The notes under the pieces are model-generated. The model was not told the origin of the DNA, made no database searches, and worked only from the letters and a program-made list of their open reading frames with translations. From the NCBI GenBank assembly GCA_964016885.1, contig OZ024742.1:291276001-291340000 (forward strand): a DNA stretch of 64,000 bases. Reading direction: 5' to 3'. Origin of the DNA: Eledone cirrhosa (taxonomy: Eukaryota). Of the stretch, positions 23,192 through 36,132 are shown one piece after another (position 1 is the first letter of the stretch; the number at the start of each line of letters is the position of its first letter). Made by a program: the position numbers and the translations under genes.

Positions 23192-23386
23192 AAATTTAAT
23201 ATAGAAATGGCTTCTACTGGACTAGAAATGTTTCATTCGAAGGAAATTATCAGGGCTTTCTTGATGATTTCCTTCAAATGAAACAGTTCTGGACCTGTAG
23301 AAGATCATTTCTATATTAAATTTTTTGTTTACACTCTACTAATGTATTGATTACCTTATTGTGGTTACCCCCGATTGAATCCAGGA

Positions 23387-23390
<4 letters not shown>
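23192..23390 (+). mobile_element. Fold-back element with degenerate hammerhead core
   Basis: Imperfect palindrome 23192-23323 plus tail; arms read ttgatga/ctgataa-tttccttc(g/a)aat-gaaa; in (TA)n. Confidence 0.55.
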
Positions 23391-23420
<30 letters not shown>

Positions 23421-23423
<3 letters not shown>

Positions 23424-23590
23424 TCATCATCATCATTTAATGTCCATCTTCCATGCTAGCACGGGTTAGAAGGTTTTGTTCCATTTGATGCGGGAATGGT
23501 CGGGTGATCGTGTCTCGCTCGTACGGAAGTGTCTCTGGCAGGTTTTTTTACAGCTGGATGTCCTCCCTAACACCAACCACATTTTCAGTA
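23421..23590 (-). mobile_element. RTE family B 3' UTR tip
   Basis: (CAT)n then ttaatgtccatcttccatgctagc...ctaacaccaaccaca. Confidence 0.75.
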
Positions 23591-23608
23591 TATATATATA
23601 TATACATA

Positions 23609-26158
23609 CGGTGGCAGACTGGGTCTAAAAATATTGGTTGCCAGGAGATAAAGGGGGCTTACATACATATAGAATGCTATCGTTTACTTTTTATAATGAA
23701 TAAATAACATTTTCAAAAAATACGTAAGTGGAAACAAAACAGTGCAATCAAATTTTTACTGTAAAAAATGTGTATTTTTTACTAATTATAGTGTATATAT
23801 ACTGTACATATTGCTGGCAGTATACAGTAATGCCAAATGTTAATACAGAATGTTATAATTGAATTTTAAATAATTGTGAATGTATAGTATACTGTTATTT
23901 AGAGTAGAGTATGCTAGTGACTGGTCTTACCTTCTCCAATAAAAAATATAAAGTATCTTGCGAAATATACACATCCAGAGACTTTCAATAATGACCTTTG
24001 GTCTTTCACACTCACTCAATACATATATCTGGGAGTGTGTGTATATATGTACATGTATATGTGTATATATAGATTTACATATATGTATACATACATGTTT
24101 TCAACTTGTAAAGTCCCTAGGGACTTTAGACTGAAGAACTGACCACTAATTGACATTGTATATGTGTGTATATGTGCCTCTCTCTGTACGTATATATGTT
24201 TGTGTATGTGTGTGTATGTATATATTTATATATATATACATATATATATATGTATATGTATATGTATGTGTGTATATATATATATGCTAATTATATATAT
24301 ATATATGTTGTGGCTATTTTTGCAAATTCAACCAGCTTCACCACTAATTGATTTTACATATGTAAAAAAATTATTTGGCCAGTAGGTTGCTGGGGAATCA
24401 GTGGCATTGACCTTTGTGTGTGTGTGTCTGTTGCCGGCACACAACCATATGGGTCGGCGCAGATCCGCCTAGTTGGCGGGTTGGATTCGGTCATGCAATC
24501 AACATGGGCAAAGCGGAAATTTCCAGCCGAAACGACGATGGCAAGAGGGCGGCATGCAAAACACACGCCGGTGCATGTGTGTATATGTGTAAGTATATAT
24601 ATGCAGATCACCTCGCACTTATAGCTGAATCTATGGTAGAACTAGAGAAGAAATTCCAAACTTAGAAAGAAAGGGTCGCAAAGTCAACCTGACAAAGACT
24701 AAGGTCCTTGTAAGTAGAAAACAGAACCTCAGATCCCCTCAGGGAAATGGTCTTGCTCAGTATGTAGGAAAGGTGTAGGTAGGAACTCCATTCTCTGCCC
24801 CAAATGCAAACAATGGGTACACAAGAGATGTAGCGGGATCTCAGGAAGCTTAATTAAGAATGTAGGCTTCACATGCAGCAGCTGTGCTGGAACAGCAAGC
24901 AGCAAACAGCCACAGGAAACAAGTACTACCAATCTCTGGGAGGGCTCTGTAGAAACAGTAGACAGCTTCTGCTACCTAGGTGACTGAATTAGCAGCAGAG
25001 ATGGCTGTTCGGAAAGTACAATAACTAGGGTAAGAACGGGATGGAAGAAGTTCAGGGAACTACTACCACTGCTAGCTGCAAAAGGCTTCTCCCTCAAAAT
25101 GAACAGCAGACTGTATGATGCGTGTATACTAACAGCAATGTTACATGGTAGTGAGACCTGGGCGCTGTCTGTGGAAGACTTGCGTAGATTAGATAGAAAC
25201 GAAGCCTGCATGCTCCGATGGATGTGTAATAGTAATATACGCGAACGGCAAAGCATAAATGAATTGAGAGAGAGACTGAGCATCAGAGGAATCAAATGCT
25301 GTGTGCGGGAGAGGCGGTTGCATTGGTATGGACATGTGATGCGTATGAAGGATGATAGCTGCATAAAAAGATGCAGAGCACTAGAAGTCAATGGTAACCG
25401 TGGAGTGGGGAGACCCAAGAAGACCTGGGATGAGGTGATAAAAGCCGACCTTACCCAATTACACCTCTCAAACACGACCGTGACCTCTGGCGTCACGCAG
25501 TAATACAGAAGACCCGACCCTCCACGGGTACAAGCCGAAGCTGAAGCATATAGACAATATGCCCCCACACCCTCCCACTTCAAAGTGGTCGTGGAGGTGC
25601 CATGGCAAAAAAGCACCCAGCCCACACTGTAAAGTGGACGTGTAGGCGCCACGGAAAAAAGCACCCAGCACTCACTGTAAATGAGGTTGGTGTTAGGAAG
25701 GGTATCCAGCTGTAGAAATCAAGCCAGAATAAGTTCCCGTATCAGCAAGACATGGTCAGCCGACCGGACACTGCCCACAAAAGGACAACCCGTCTAACCC
25801 ATGCTAGCGTGGAAGAACGGACGTAAAACGGTGATGATGATATATATATGCGTGTGTGTCTATGAATGAATACAATAAGCTATAAATTTAGACAATCAGT
25901 GATTTCAACTGTTAGCACTATCATATATTTTGGTTTCTATTAAATCCCTAGGGAACTGTTTGACCAAATGCTTTGCTTAATTGTTTTATTTATTTTTTTT
26001 TTAGTGTTATTTTTTCTCTAAGAATTTTTTTTTAAATATTTTTTGAAAGCAAAGCATTGGCCCCTAAAATACTACAGTAGGCCCCTGCAGTGCTACCGTA
26101 GGCCTCCTGGGGCCCACTTGACATTGACCAACCTGGAAACCTGGCCAGTCCGCAGCTG
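23609..26158. mobile_element. Possible hAT-like DNA transposon relic containing an RTE insertion
   Basis: cggtggcagactgg / ccagtccgcagctg (10/14 inverted match); flanks tatacata vs catatata. Confidence 0.35.
24600..25841 (+). mobile_element. 5'-truncated RTE family A copy
   Basis: Starts at the YAD codons; near-identical to the 43563-46682 C-terminus and 3' UTR; carries stops and deletions. Confidence 0.92.
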
Positions 26159-26297
26159 CATATATATATATAACAAAATTTAATATAGAAATGGCTTCTA
26201 TAGGAGTAGAACTGTTGTCGTAATAGGTAGGGAAAAATCCAAGGTATAGAACAACCCTAGCCCTGTCATATTAATATATATATATATACATACATAT

Positions 26298-26440
26298 CAT
26301 CATCATCATTTTACATCCGCTTTTACCTGCTTGCAAGGGTGGGATGGATCTTATTAAGCACGCCATCTCTCCATTCGTCACGGTCCTTTGTCACCTCCTC
26401 CATGAGCTTCAGCGATCTGAGGTCTGTTCTCACCACCTCC
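26298..26440 (-). mobile_element. RTE family C 3' fragment
   Basis: Reverse complement of a 3555-3700-like sequence; in (TA)n. Confidence 0.75.
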
Positions 26441-26513
26441 ATATATATATATATATATATTATCATCATCATCATCGTTTAACGTCCATCTTCCACGCTA
26501 GCATAGGTTAGAT

Positions 26514-26560
<47 letters not shown>

Positions 26561-27211
26561 GGCAGGACTGGGGCCCTTATCACTAAAATACCCAAAAAAC
26601 TTTCTCTGCGATGTAACTTCATTGGAGGCCAACTAAACAAGCTGTAAATTTCATTTCATTTCATTTTTCAATATCTAAATCTTTAATCTTTAATCTTTGA
26701 AGCTAATTATGAGACTACAACAAGAATTTGAAGGTCACTGGAAGAGAGACTACAGATTTATCGTGGCTCATAGGTCGGATTAGTAAAGAATTAGTGAGCA
26801 TTTTAGTAGAGAACTTTTGTCTGGTTCTCAAATGAAAATAAATAATAGGATTTATGAAGAACTGATGATTAAGCAGATGATAATAAATACTGTGGTTCTA
26901 TGTCACACTGAAAACATCTCAAATATTGTTTTACTTCTGATAAAATTCATGTTACAACCTGTTTTGTTGCTGAGTTTTTTTTTTTTTTTTTTTCTTTTTG
27001 AGTCTATGCCAACATATTAGAAAAACAATAGAAGACAATGAGTGAAAAAAATTTAATATATATATATATAACAAAAGAAGTAGCAGAGAAGAAAGAAGTT
27101 TCTTTCTTTAACATTCATTCACAGTTAAATGGTTTGGCAAACTACCAGGCTTTATCTAGAAGGGCAGGGGAAGGGGATAAGAAGATTTGTAGTTTATTAT
27201 TTCTAGCTACG

Positions 27212-27214
<3 letters not shown>

Positions 27215-27290
<76 letters not shown>
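27215..27290. repeat. (CT)n microsatellite
   Basis: Seen directly. Confidence 0.95.
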
Positions 27291-27292
<2 letters not shown>

Positions 27293-27480
27293 GAGAGGTG
27301 GATAGAGCTTTGATTAAAAACACAGTAGAACAATGTTATACTTTGTTGCTGATAATAGGTAAGTTAGTATTAACAACAATGGATATTTTAGTAGTTAGCT
27401 AGAAATATGTGTAGTTATACATATACACACACACAGAGAAAGGGAATGGAGAGATAGATAGGCAGATTGATATATATGTA

Positions 27481-28440
27481 TCATCATCATCATCATCATC
27501 AACGTTTAACGTCCGTGTTCCACGCTTGCATGGGTTTGGACGGGGGTAGTCCCACTTGAGGCAAGAGTGATTGTCTTGCTCGCATAGGACTGTCTGGCAG
27601 GTCTTCTACAGTTGGATGCCCTTCCTAACACCAACCACATTTACAGTGTGGGTCTGGGAGGTTTTTACCGTGTTGCCTACACGGCCACATTACAGCGTGG
27701 ACTGTGTGTTTTTTTGTCGTGACACCTACACGATCTCATTTGTTTCGGCCTGGATGGCGCGGCACCAACATAACTTTACATAGAGCGGGGTGGTGTGGAT
27801 GGGGTGGGGGTGGTGGGACGGGGTGTATTTTGTTAGAGATGCCTACTGGCTGTAGTAGGTTTTACTATGTATTTAGGTAAGGCGGGTCTTCTCTGTTACC
27901 GAGTACCGCCAAAGGTCTCGGTCCAGTGACATTGTCTTGGAGAGGTGTAAGTGTGTGAGGTCGGAGTTTATCAGCTCGTCCCAGGTTTTTCTAGGTCTGC
28001 CTATTCCGTGGCTACCGTCTATCTTTATTGCCCTGCACTTTGTTATACAGCTATCGACTTTCATGCGCATCACGTGTCCATACCAACGTAGCCTTCTCTC
28101 GAGTAAACAACATCTGATCCCTCTTATTTCTAATTTTTTGCTTAGTTCGTTTATGCTTTGCCGTTCACGTATATTACTATTACACATCCAGCGGAGCATG
28201 CAAGCTTCGTTCCTCTCTAGTCTGCGTATATCCTCTGCACACAATGCCCAGGTCTCACTGCCATGCAACATTGCTGTTCGTATGCAGGCATCATACAACC
28301 TGCCTTTCATTTTTAGGGAGAACCCTTTAGCAGCTAATAGTGGTATAAGCTCTCTGAACTTTTTCCAACCAGTTCTGACTCTAGCTACTGTACTTTCAGA
28401 GCACCCTCCCCCACTGCTGATTTTATCGCCCAGGTAACGG
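27481..28440 (-). mobile_element. 5'-truncated RTE family B copy
   Basis: ORF 27873-28310 KGRLYDACIRTAMLHGSETW...RLRWYGHVMRM; 3' UTR; (CAT)n. Confidence 0.92.
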
Positions 28441-28474
28441 ATATATATATATATATGTATGTATGTATATTTAT

Positions 28475-29083
28475 GTCAGGTCACCAGTTGGTGCTACTGG
28501 TAACATGTATCCCAGTACAACCTGTCTCATGGTCGGGTCGTTGGCGACTAAACTGGCAACCCCACCAAGGTTTCTTGGTGAGGAGGGTGACTTTGGACAT
28601 CCTGCAGGACTAAAGACAAAACCTGTCAAAGAGCAAAGGAGCTCTTAAGAGTCAATGGCCATCCAAAATCACCGGGAGAGATGACCCCTTAGCCTTTGTC
28701 AAGGGAGAATTCTAGGAGGAGGAAAACTCTGATATAACACCTGCAACTCTGATGGTATCCAATGATGTTGACTTGTTTTTCTTTTTGGTAAATATCATCT
28801 TGGTTAAGAGAGTGGGACTGGCTTTGTGCAGTGCCTTTGCTCACTATAAAAGCTTCACGGCACAGGCATTGCTTTATATCTGGAGATCTCTCTGCACTTG
28901 TCGTCACATGGTACCATGGGCCCAGCACTATGTGTCAATAATTGTCACAAGTGTAGTGTTTGTACCAGAGTTTTCAAGTCGCTGGCTGGACTAAAAAGTC
29001 ACACTCGTTCAGCGCATCAGTAAGGGTTCTTCTACATGGATATAAAGCAGTGGCCGTACTCGAAAACGAGTTGGCAGCCACCA
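28475..29083 (+). mobile_element. Full copy of the bipartite RTE derivative
   Basis: Near-identical to 14937-15545 with the same 5' start; follows (TATG)n. Confidence 0.88.
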
Positions 29084-29238
29084 TATATATATATATGTAA
29101 ATATATATATATATATATACACACACAAGTGAAAGCTTAGTAAAATCGAAGCTTTGGCTGTGGCCAAGCTAATGACCTACAATTAGGAATGAGCAGCAAA
29201 GCACTCAATAAGGTAGACCCTTAGAGTAATATATGTAT

Positions 29239-29518
29239 TTAGAACGTGAACAACACAAAATATAACTACTCCATTACGAAACGTTTCTGGATCCTAGACA
29301 ATATTAATATATGTCTGGATCGGTCATCAGACGGAGATGCTATCAGATAACATCTCTGTCTGATGACAGATCCAGATGAATATTAATATTGTCTGGGATC
29401 CAGAAACCTTTGGTAATGGAGTAGTTATATATTGTGTTGTTCAGTTTCTAATTAAATAGCTCTGTTCTATACATAGAGCACTCTTTTTTCCTTTGCTTTT
29501 TCTTCGGAATTACCTAAC

Positions 29519-29519
<1 letters not shown>
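29239..29519 (+). mobile_element. Fold-back element with a type I hammerhead in each arm
   Basis: Palindrome 29239-29451 plus ~70-nt tail; single-arm copy at 63470-63576. Confidence 0.7.
29354..29421 (+). ncRNA. Putative type I hammerhead ribozyme (second copy on minus strand, ~29269-29337)
   Basis: ctctgt-CTGATGA-stem II-GAA-ACC ttt GGT-A-atggag; the opposite arm has ACG ttt CGT (compensatory change). Confidence 0.65.
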
Positions 29520-29584
<65 letters not shown>

Positions 29585-29640
29585 ATCATCATCATCATCA
29601 TCTTCGTTTAACGTCCATCTTCCACACTAACATGGGTTAG

Positions 29641-29743
<103 letters not shown>

Positions 29744-29749
29744 TATATA

Positions 29750-29921
29750 CACTGTAAATGTGGTTGGTGTTAGGAAGGGCATCCAGCCGTAGAAAACCTG
29801 CCAGATAGTCCTATATGAGCGAGACACGGTCACCCGACCAACCTTGCCTCAAGTGGGACAACTCCCGTCTAACCCATGCTAGCGTGGAAGATGGACATTA
29901 AACGATGATGATGATGATGAT
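29750..29921 (+). mobile_element. RTE family B 3' UTR tip
   Basis: Matches 22000-22175; in (TA)n. Confidence 0.85.
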
Positions 29922-29940
29922 ATATATATACATATATATA

Positions 29941-31136
<1,196 letters not shown>

Positions 31137-31449
31137 GTGGTACAGGAAGTATTCAGTATTTAACTAGAAATGTTGTGCGATAGATATATAGATGGGTACA
31201 TAGCTAGATAGATGAGTTAATTATTGCTGCTGATAAATTGTTAATAGTTAACCAAAATTATATATATGTATTGAAACAAATAGACAGTCTGTTTGTTTTT
31301 CTCCCCCCCCCCCTCTCTCCATATATATGTGTGTATGTATATATATATATATTATATATATATATATAGTAATAAATTTTAAGACTAAAATCCAAAGAGG
31401 GCTCGACAAGGATAAATATATATATCAGATATATAAGAATCGTAGAGCA

Positions 31450-34281
31450 AATATTTATTAAAATAACAGATTAAAGTTTAAGCAAAGAATCGCTGTTTTC
31501 ACCCCTAACGGGATCTTCTGAAACTAAAAAAGTCAATCTGAGAACGCAGAAGTAAATATTTCAAAAAACGTTGCAACCAAAGCAAGACAGGAAGACGATA
31601 CTTTGGTTCGTGAAAACGTTCCCTGGCAAAGAACGGAAAAAAACGAATATAATACGTCATTATTTGGTGCGGTGAAAACAATTATACGCAAAGACAAAAC
31701 CACGTTAATGGTATAAATGAAGTCGTAGACTAATATTCTATTAGATGGTTCATGGAGACGTTCTCTGGCAATCAACGAAAAAAAACGAAGATAATACGTC
31801 GTTATGTGGGGCGGTGAGAACAATTACGCGCAAAGCCAAAACCACGTAAATGGTATAACTGAAGTCGTAGACTAAAATTCTATTTAGGAAACCGAATGAT
31901 TCAGAGTTAAGAATAAAGTAAATAAAATACAGACGTAATTGAAATTAAATATATACATACACGCATCCACATACATACATACACAAGCATACGCGAAAAC
32001 ACTCATCATGGGTATGCAAATACAAGCACGTACACACAAAAAACACGCACGCACATATAGAACCCACGCAACGCCTGTACCCGCACACATACGAACGTAT
32101 ACACCAAATACACATAAAAATATATATAAAAATATATATATGTGTGTGTGTGTGTATGCGTGTATACATAATTAAATAAACGTATATAAATATACACACA
32201 CAAATACGTATATAACGCGCGCACACACATAACTACATGTAAATATACATATGTTCACAGACATACGTCAACCAAACACAAAGTACACGTATACATACAC
32301 CATACATACGTACGAACCCGCATACTCACTCAGACGCAAAACTCACGTATACACATAACCAAATGCACATGTACCAGTATATATAATATATACGCCATAA
32401 CATATACAAGCAAATATACGTACGAGAAAGTATACGTACCTTTACAAAACATACAGGTAATATATACTTACCTATTCAAATAAGTAATAGTATAAACATA
32501 ACATATACTTAGCTACCTCATCAAGACGTAAAATATCCGCGTATAGTTCGTACTATCCGTTAGGGTATAATTTGGGGCTGTAATACAGGAAAGTTACGTG
32601 CAATTTATGTTTACAAGCCGAAATTGCCTCAGATTTTTTGTTTAAGATGTGGTCTTTGGCGTAGAGTATTCCCAGGGCCTCAGCGGCGCAGAGGTCACAT
32701 GGTCTTTTATTTCCATTATACGATCTAGCCTTAGTTAGGATCTCGCAGTGTAACTTATATTGGGCGTGGTTGTCTTTTAGACTCCAGATATAAGCTGAAA
32801 GTGACGTCATATTCCTTCTTAAAGGGTTAAGAAAAGAATGGGTATGTATGTAAAGACGCTGCTTGAATCTATTGGCGGTTAACCCTATGTAGGCCCTACG
32901 GGACGTGGGTGTTTCAACCTTACATTTGTAGACAATGTTACCAGAGAGGCATTTCCCGGATAGAGGGCAGTCAACCCGATTCCTACAGTTAGTACTAGCT
33001 ACAGGGTTGCACGTGTTCCTACGACTAGGTAATTTAGCTAAATTTGAAGCTGTGATGTTATGTGCAAGGTTAGGAGTCGTAGAGTAAGAAATTTTAATGG
33101 TATTTCTATTAAAAATGTTACTATATTTATGTGCTGGGAGGAAATGCTTCATAATAAGGGAGAGAAAGATCTTAGCTAATGGTGTGGCCACCACCATATT
33201 ATATGGTGAGTTATACCATATAATGCTTCGGGATCTATTTTTCCTAGGTCTATTCTCGTACTCTGTATATGCTACCTTATCGACAAATCCACTCTGAACA
33301 AGAGCTTCATTGTAATATGTGGAACGGTCGTTGAAAATATGCTTGTTTGTAGATAGACGGGAAAGCCTCAAAGAAGGAAAAGGCCGATAAGATCAGTAAC
33401 CTCCGCAGAATCGTTGGCGCCCATACTCACGTCGAATGGGGTATTATTAGATTTTTTAATCCAAATAGAATCTAAGGCAATTTCGGCTTGTAAAATAAAT
33501 TGCACGAAACTTTCCAGTATTACAGCCCCACATTATACCCTAATGGATAGTAGGAAGTATACGCGGATATTTTACGTCTTGATGTGGTAGCTAAGTATAT
33601 GTTATGTTTATACTATTACTTATTTGTATAGGTAAGTATATATTAACTGTATGTTTTGTGAGGGTGCGTATACTTTCTCGTACGCATATTTTCTTGTTAT
33701 GGCGTATATATTATATATACTGGTACATGTGTATTTGGTTATGTGTATTCATGTGTTTTGCGTCTGAGTGAGTATGCAGGTTCGTACGTATGTAGGGTGT
33801 GTGTATATGTGTACTTTGCGTTTGGTTGACGTATGTCTGCGAACATATGTGTATTTACATGTTTGTATATGTGTGCGCTCGTTATATACATATTTATGTG
33901 TGTATATTTATATACGTTTATTTAATTATGTATACACGCGCGCACACACACACACACATATATTTTTTATATGTATTTGGTATATACGTTCGTATGTGTG
34001 CGGGTACAGGCGTTGCGTGGGTTCTTTATGTGCGTGCGTGTTTTTTTACGACGGGTCATTCGCAGATTTGCATTTGATCTGTAAACACAGATAGTTAAAT
34101 CTTCTCCCTTGCTGAAGATCAGGGTTTTGACTACTGTGACTTTACGGATTAATTGTGAAATATATTTCTTTAATGAAATATATACAAGGAAGATTAATCA
34201 TTTTTAAAAGGTAATATTTGAAGTTCTAGTTAAACTTTAATTAGTTACCTACCTAGCTGTGTGTGCTTACACACTTTACAA
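31450..34281 (-). mobile_element. Penelope-like element (5'-truncated) with an inverted copy of its 3' region
   Basis: GIY-YIG ORF fragment; ~590-bp inverted repeat 32038-32635 / 33469-34047; hammerhead-like cores toward both ends. Confidence 0.85.
32553..33371 (-). pseudogene. PLE C-terminal fragment: RT thumb/linker, Cys-rich motif and GIY-YIG endonuclease
   Basis: IIWYNSPY, IFNRNTIKISYS, CRNRVDCPLSGKC, IVYKC...YIGLT..FKQR, CDLC..E and LNKKSE..C.H. Confidence 0.88.
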
Positions 34282-34424
34282 ATTTCGTTTCATTTTTTCC
34301 GTTTATCGTTTTCGGTGCACCCGGCCGATTAATCTACTCGATATACAAATTGGGCTACTCAGCCGTTAATATGCATAAGGAAAGTATATACTTTCGGACG
34401 TTCAATCGTCTGGTAGGAAGGTAT

Positions 34425-34467
34425 ACGTTGCTGATGATAGCTAATAAGCTTGAAACTAGTACAGCGT
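34425..34467 (+). ncRNA. Minimal type I hammerhead ribozyme
   Basis: acgttg-CTGATGA-tagctaataagctt-GAAA-CTAG-TA-cagcgt; stem I pairs; palindromic CTAG loop. Confidence 0.75.
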
Positions 34468-34856
34468 TCCTTTGTCAGTGTTGAACAAACGAGCAACGAT
34501 GGTTGCTAGACACTACGGCTTAATACGGGATGTTTGTTTACAAACACACCGAGCATTATAATAAATGTTCGGTGAATCCATACGTACATATATATATATG
34601 TGTGCATGTATGTATATATATATATACATACTACTGTACGTCTGTATACATATATGTATGTACGTATATATACTTATATTTAAGTAACAGCCGTACTAAG
34701 AGTGTGAAATGAAATTTCGTTTCATTTTTTCCGTTCATCGTTTTCGGTGCACCCGGCCGATTAATCCACTCGATATGCAAATTAGGCTGCTCAGCCGTTA
34801 ATATGCATAAAGAAAGTATATACTTTCGGACGTTCAATCATCTGGCAGGAAGGTAT

Positions 34857-34899
34857 ACGTTGCTGACGATAGCTAATAAGCTTGAAACTAGTACAGCGT
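34857..34899 (+). ncRNA. Minimal type I hammerhead ribozyme (second unit)
   Basis: Identical to 34425-34467 except CTGACGA, a change at the tolerated N7 position. Confidence 0.75.
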
Positions 34900-35139
34900 T
34901 CCTTTGTCAGTGTTGAACAAACGAGCAACGGTGGTTGCTAGACACTACGGCTTAATACGGGATGTTTGTTTACAAACACACCGAATCCATACGTACATAT
35001 ATATATGTGTACATGTATGTATATATATATATACATACTACTGTACGTCTGTATACATATATGTATGTACGTATACATACTTATATTTAAGTAACAGCCG
35101 TACTAAGAGTGGGAAATGAAATTTTGTTTAAATTTTTCC

Positions 35140-35177
<38 letters not shown>

Positions 35178-35245
35178 GAAGGGGACCATCGCTGAACATT
35201 CGATATCAGTAAGAAAATTTTTTTTATATCGATGTTTGACGGGCA

Positions 35246-35367
35246 TCCACTGATGATTTATAAGTGCCCTCCTGCATATATTCCTACGTACCCTGCATAT
35301 ATTCCTACATAACCTGGACACATTTTTCCCAACTTGTAGAAAACTTATAATGAAACAATTGTTTGGA
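35246..35367 (+). ncRNA. Putative hammerhead with ~80-nt insertion in loop II
   Basis: tcca-CTGATGA-tttataagt...acttataat-GAAA-CAATTG-TT-tgga. Confidence 0.5.
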
Positions 35368-35518
35368 AAGGGAGATGTATTTTAATTATGTCTCATATAA
35401 AATAATACAACTGGCTATCCGCAAAATACATATAGTTAGCACCCCAAACGTAAAATTGTTTGTTGAGTGAGATGGAAGCCAGTCAGAGTATTGCTTAAAG
35501 CTTTCTCTGTTAATGTAT

Positions 35519-35607
<89 letters not shown>

Positions 35608-35610
35608 GTA

Positions 35611-35953
35611 TCATCATCATCATCATTTCATTTTACGTCCGCTTTTCCCTGCTAGCAAGGGTGGGACGGGAATTGATTCTGGCTTGATTTCTACAGCTGG
35701 ATGCCCTTCCTAACACCAGCCTCATTTACAGTGAGTGCTGGGTACTTTTTTGCTGAGGCACCTCCACGACCACTTTGCAGTGGAATGATATGGACCCCAG
35801 TCCTATCATCTCATTTCTACAGCTGAGTAAACTGGAGCAATGTGAAATAAAGTGACTTGCTCAAGGAAACAACACATTACCCGGTCTGAAAATTGAACTC
35901 ACAACCTTTCGATTGCAAGGCCAATGCTCTAACCACTAAGCCATGTGCCTCCA
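35611..35953 (-). mobile_element. tRNA-head SINE with RTE-derived body and tail
   Basis: Reverse complement of 52461-52806. Confidence 0.88.
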
Positions 35954-36132
35954 TGTATATATGCCGCTATAATACAAAAATTCTAATACAAACTACATAG
36001 ATGCTCGTCGAAACGGCTTCAGCTCAGCCGTCGGGGTCCTACTCGTTCCTATTACCCACTCTACTACCCTAAGTATTGAGTACTTTGGTGCATTATGGTC
36101 CATCTGGTTCCTTACCACATTTCCTTCGTTAT

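Larger units (their letters stand above)
34280..35143 (+). repeat. Tandem 432/407-bp repeat (2 units plus the start of a third), one hammerhead per unit
   Basis: Unit starts at 34280, 34712 and ~35119; units near-identical. Confidence 0.9.
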
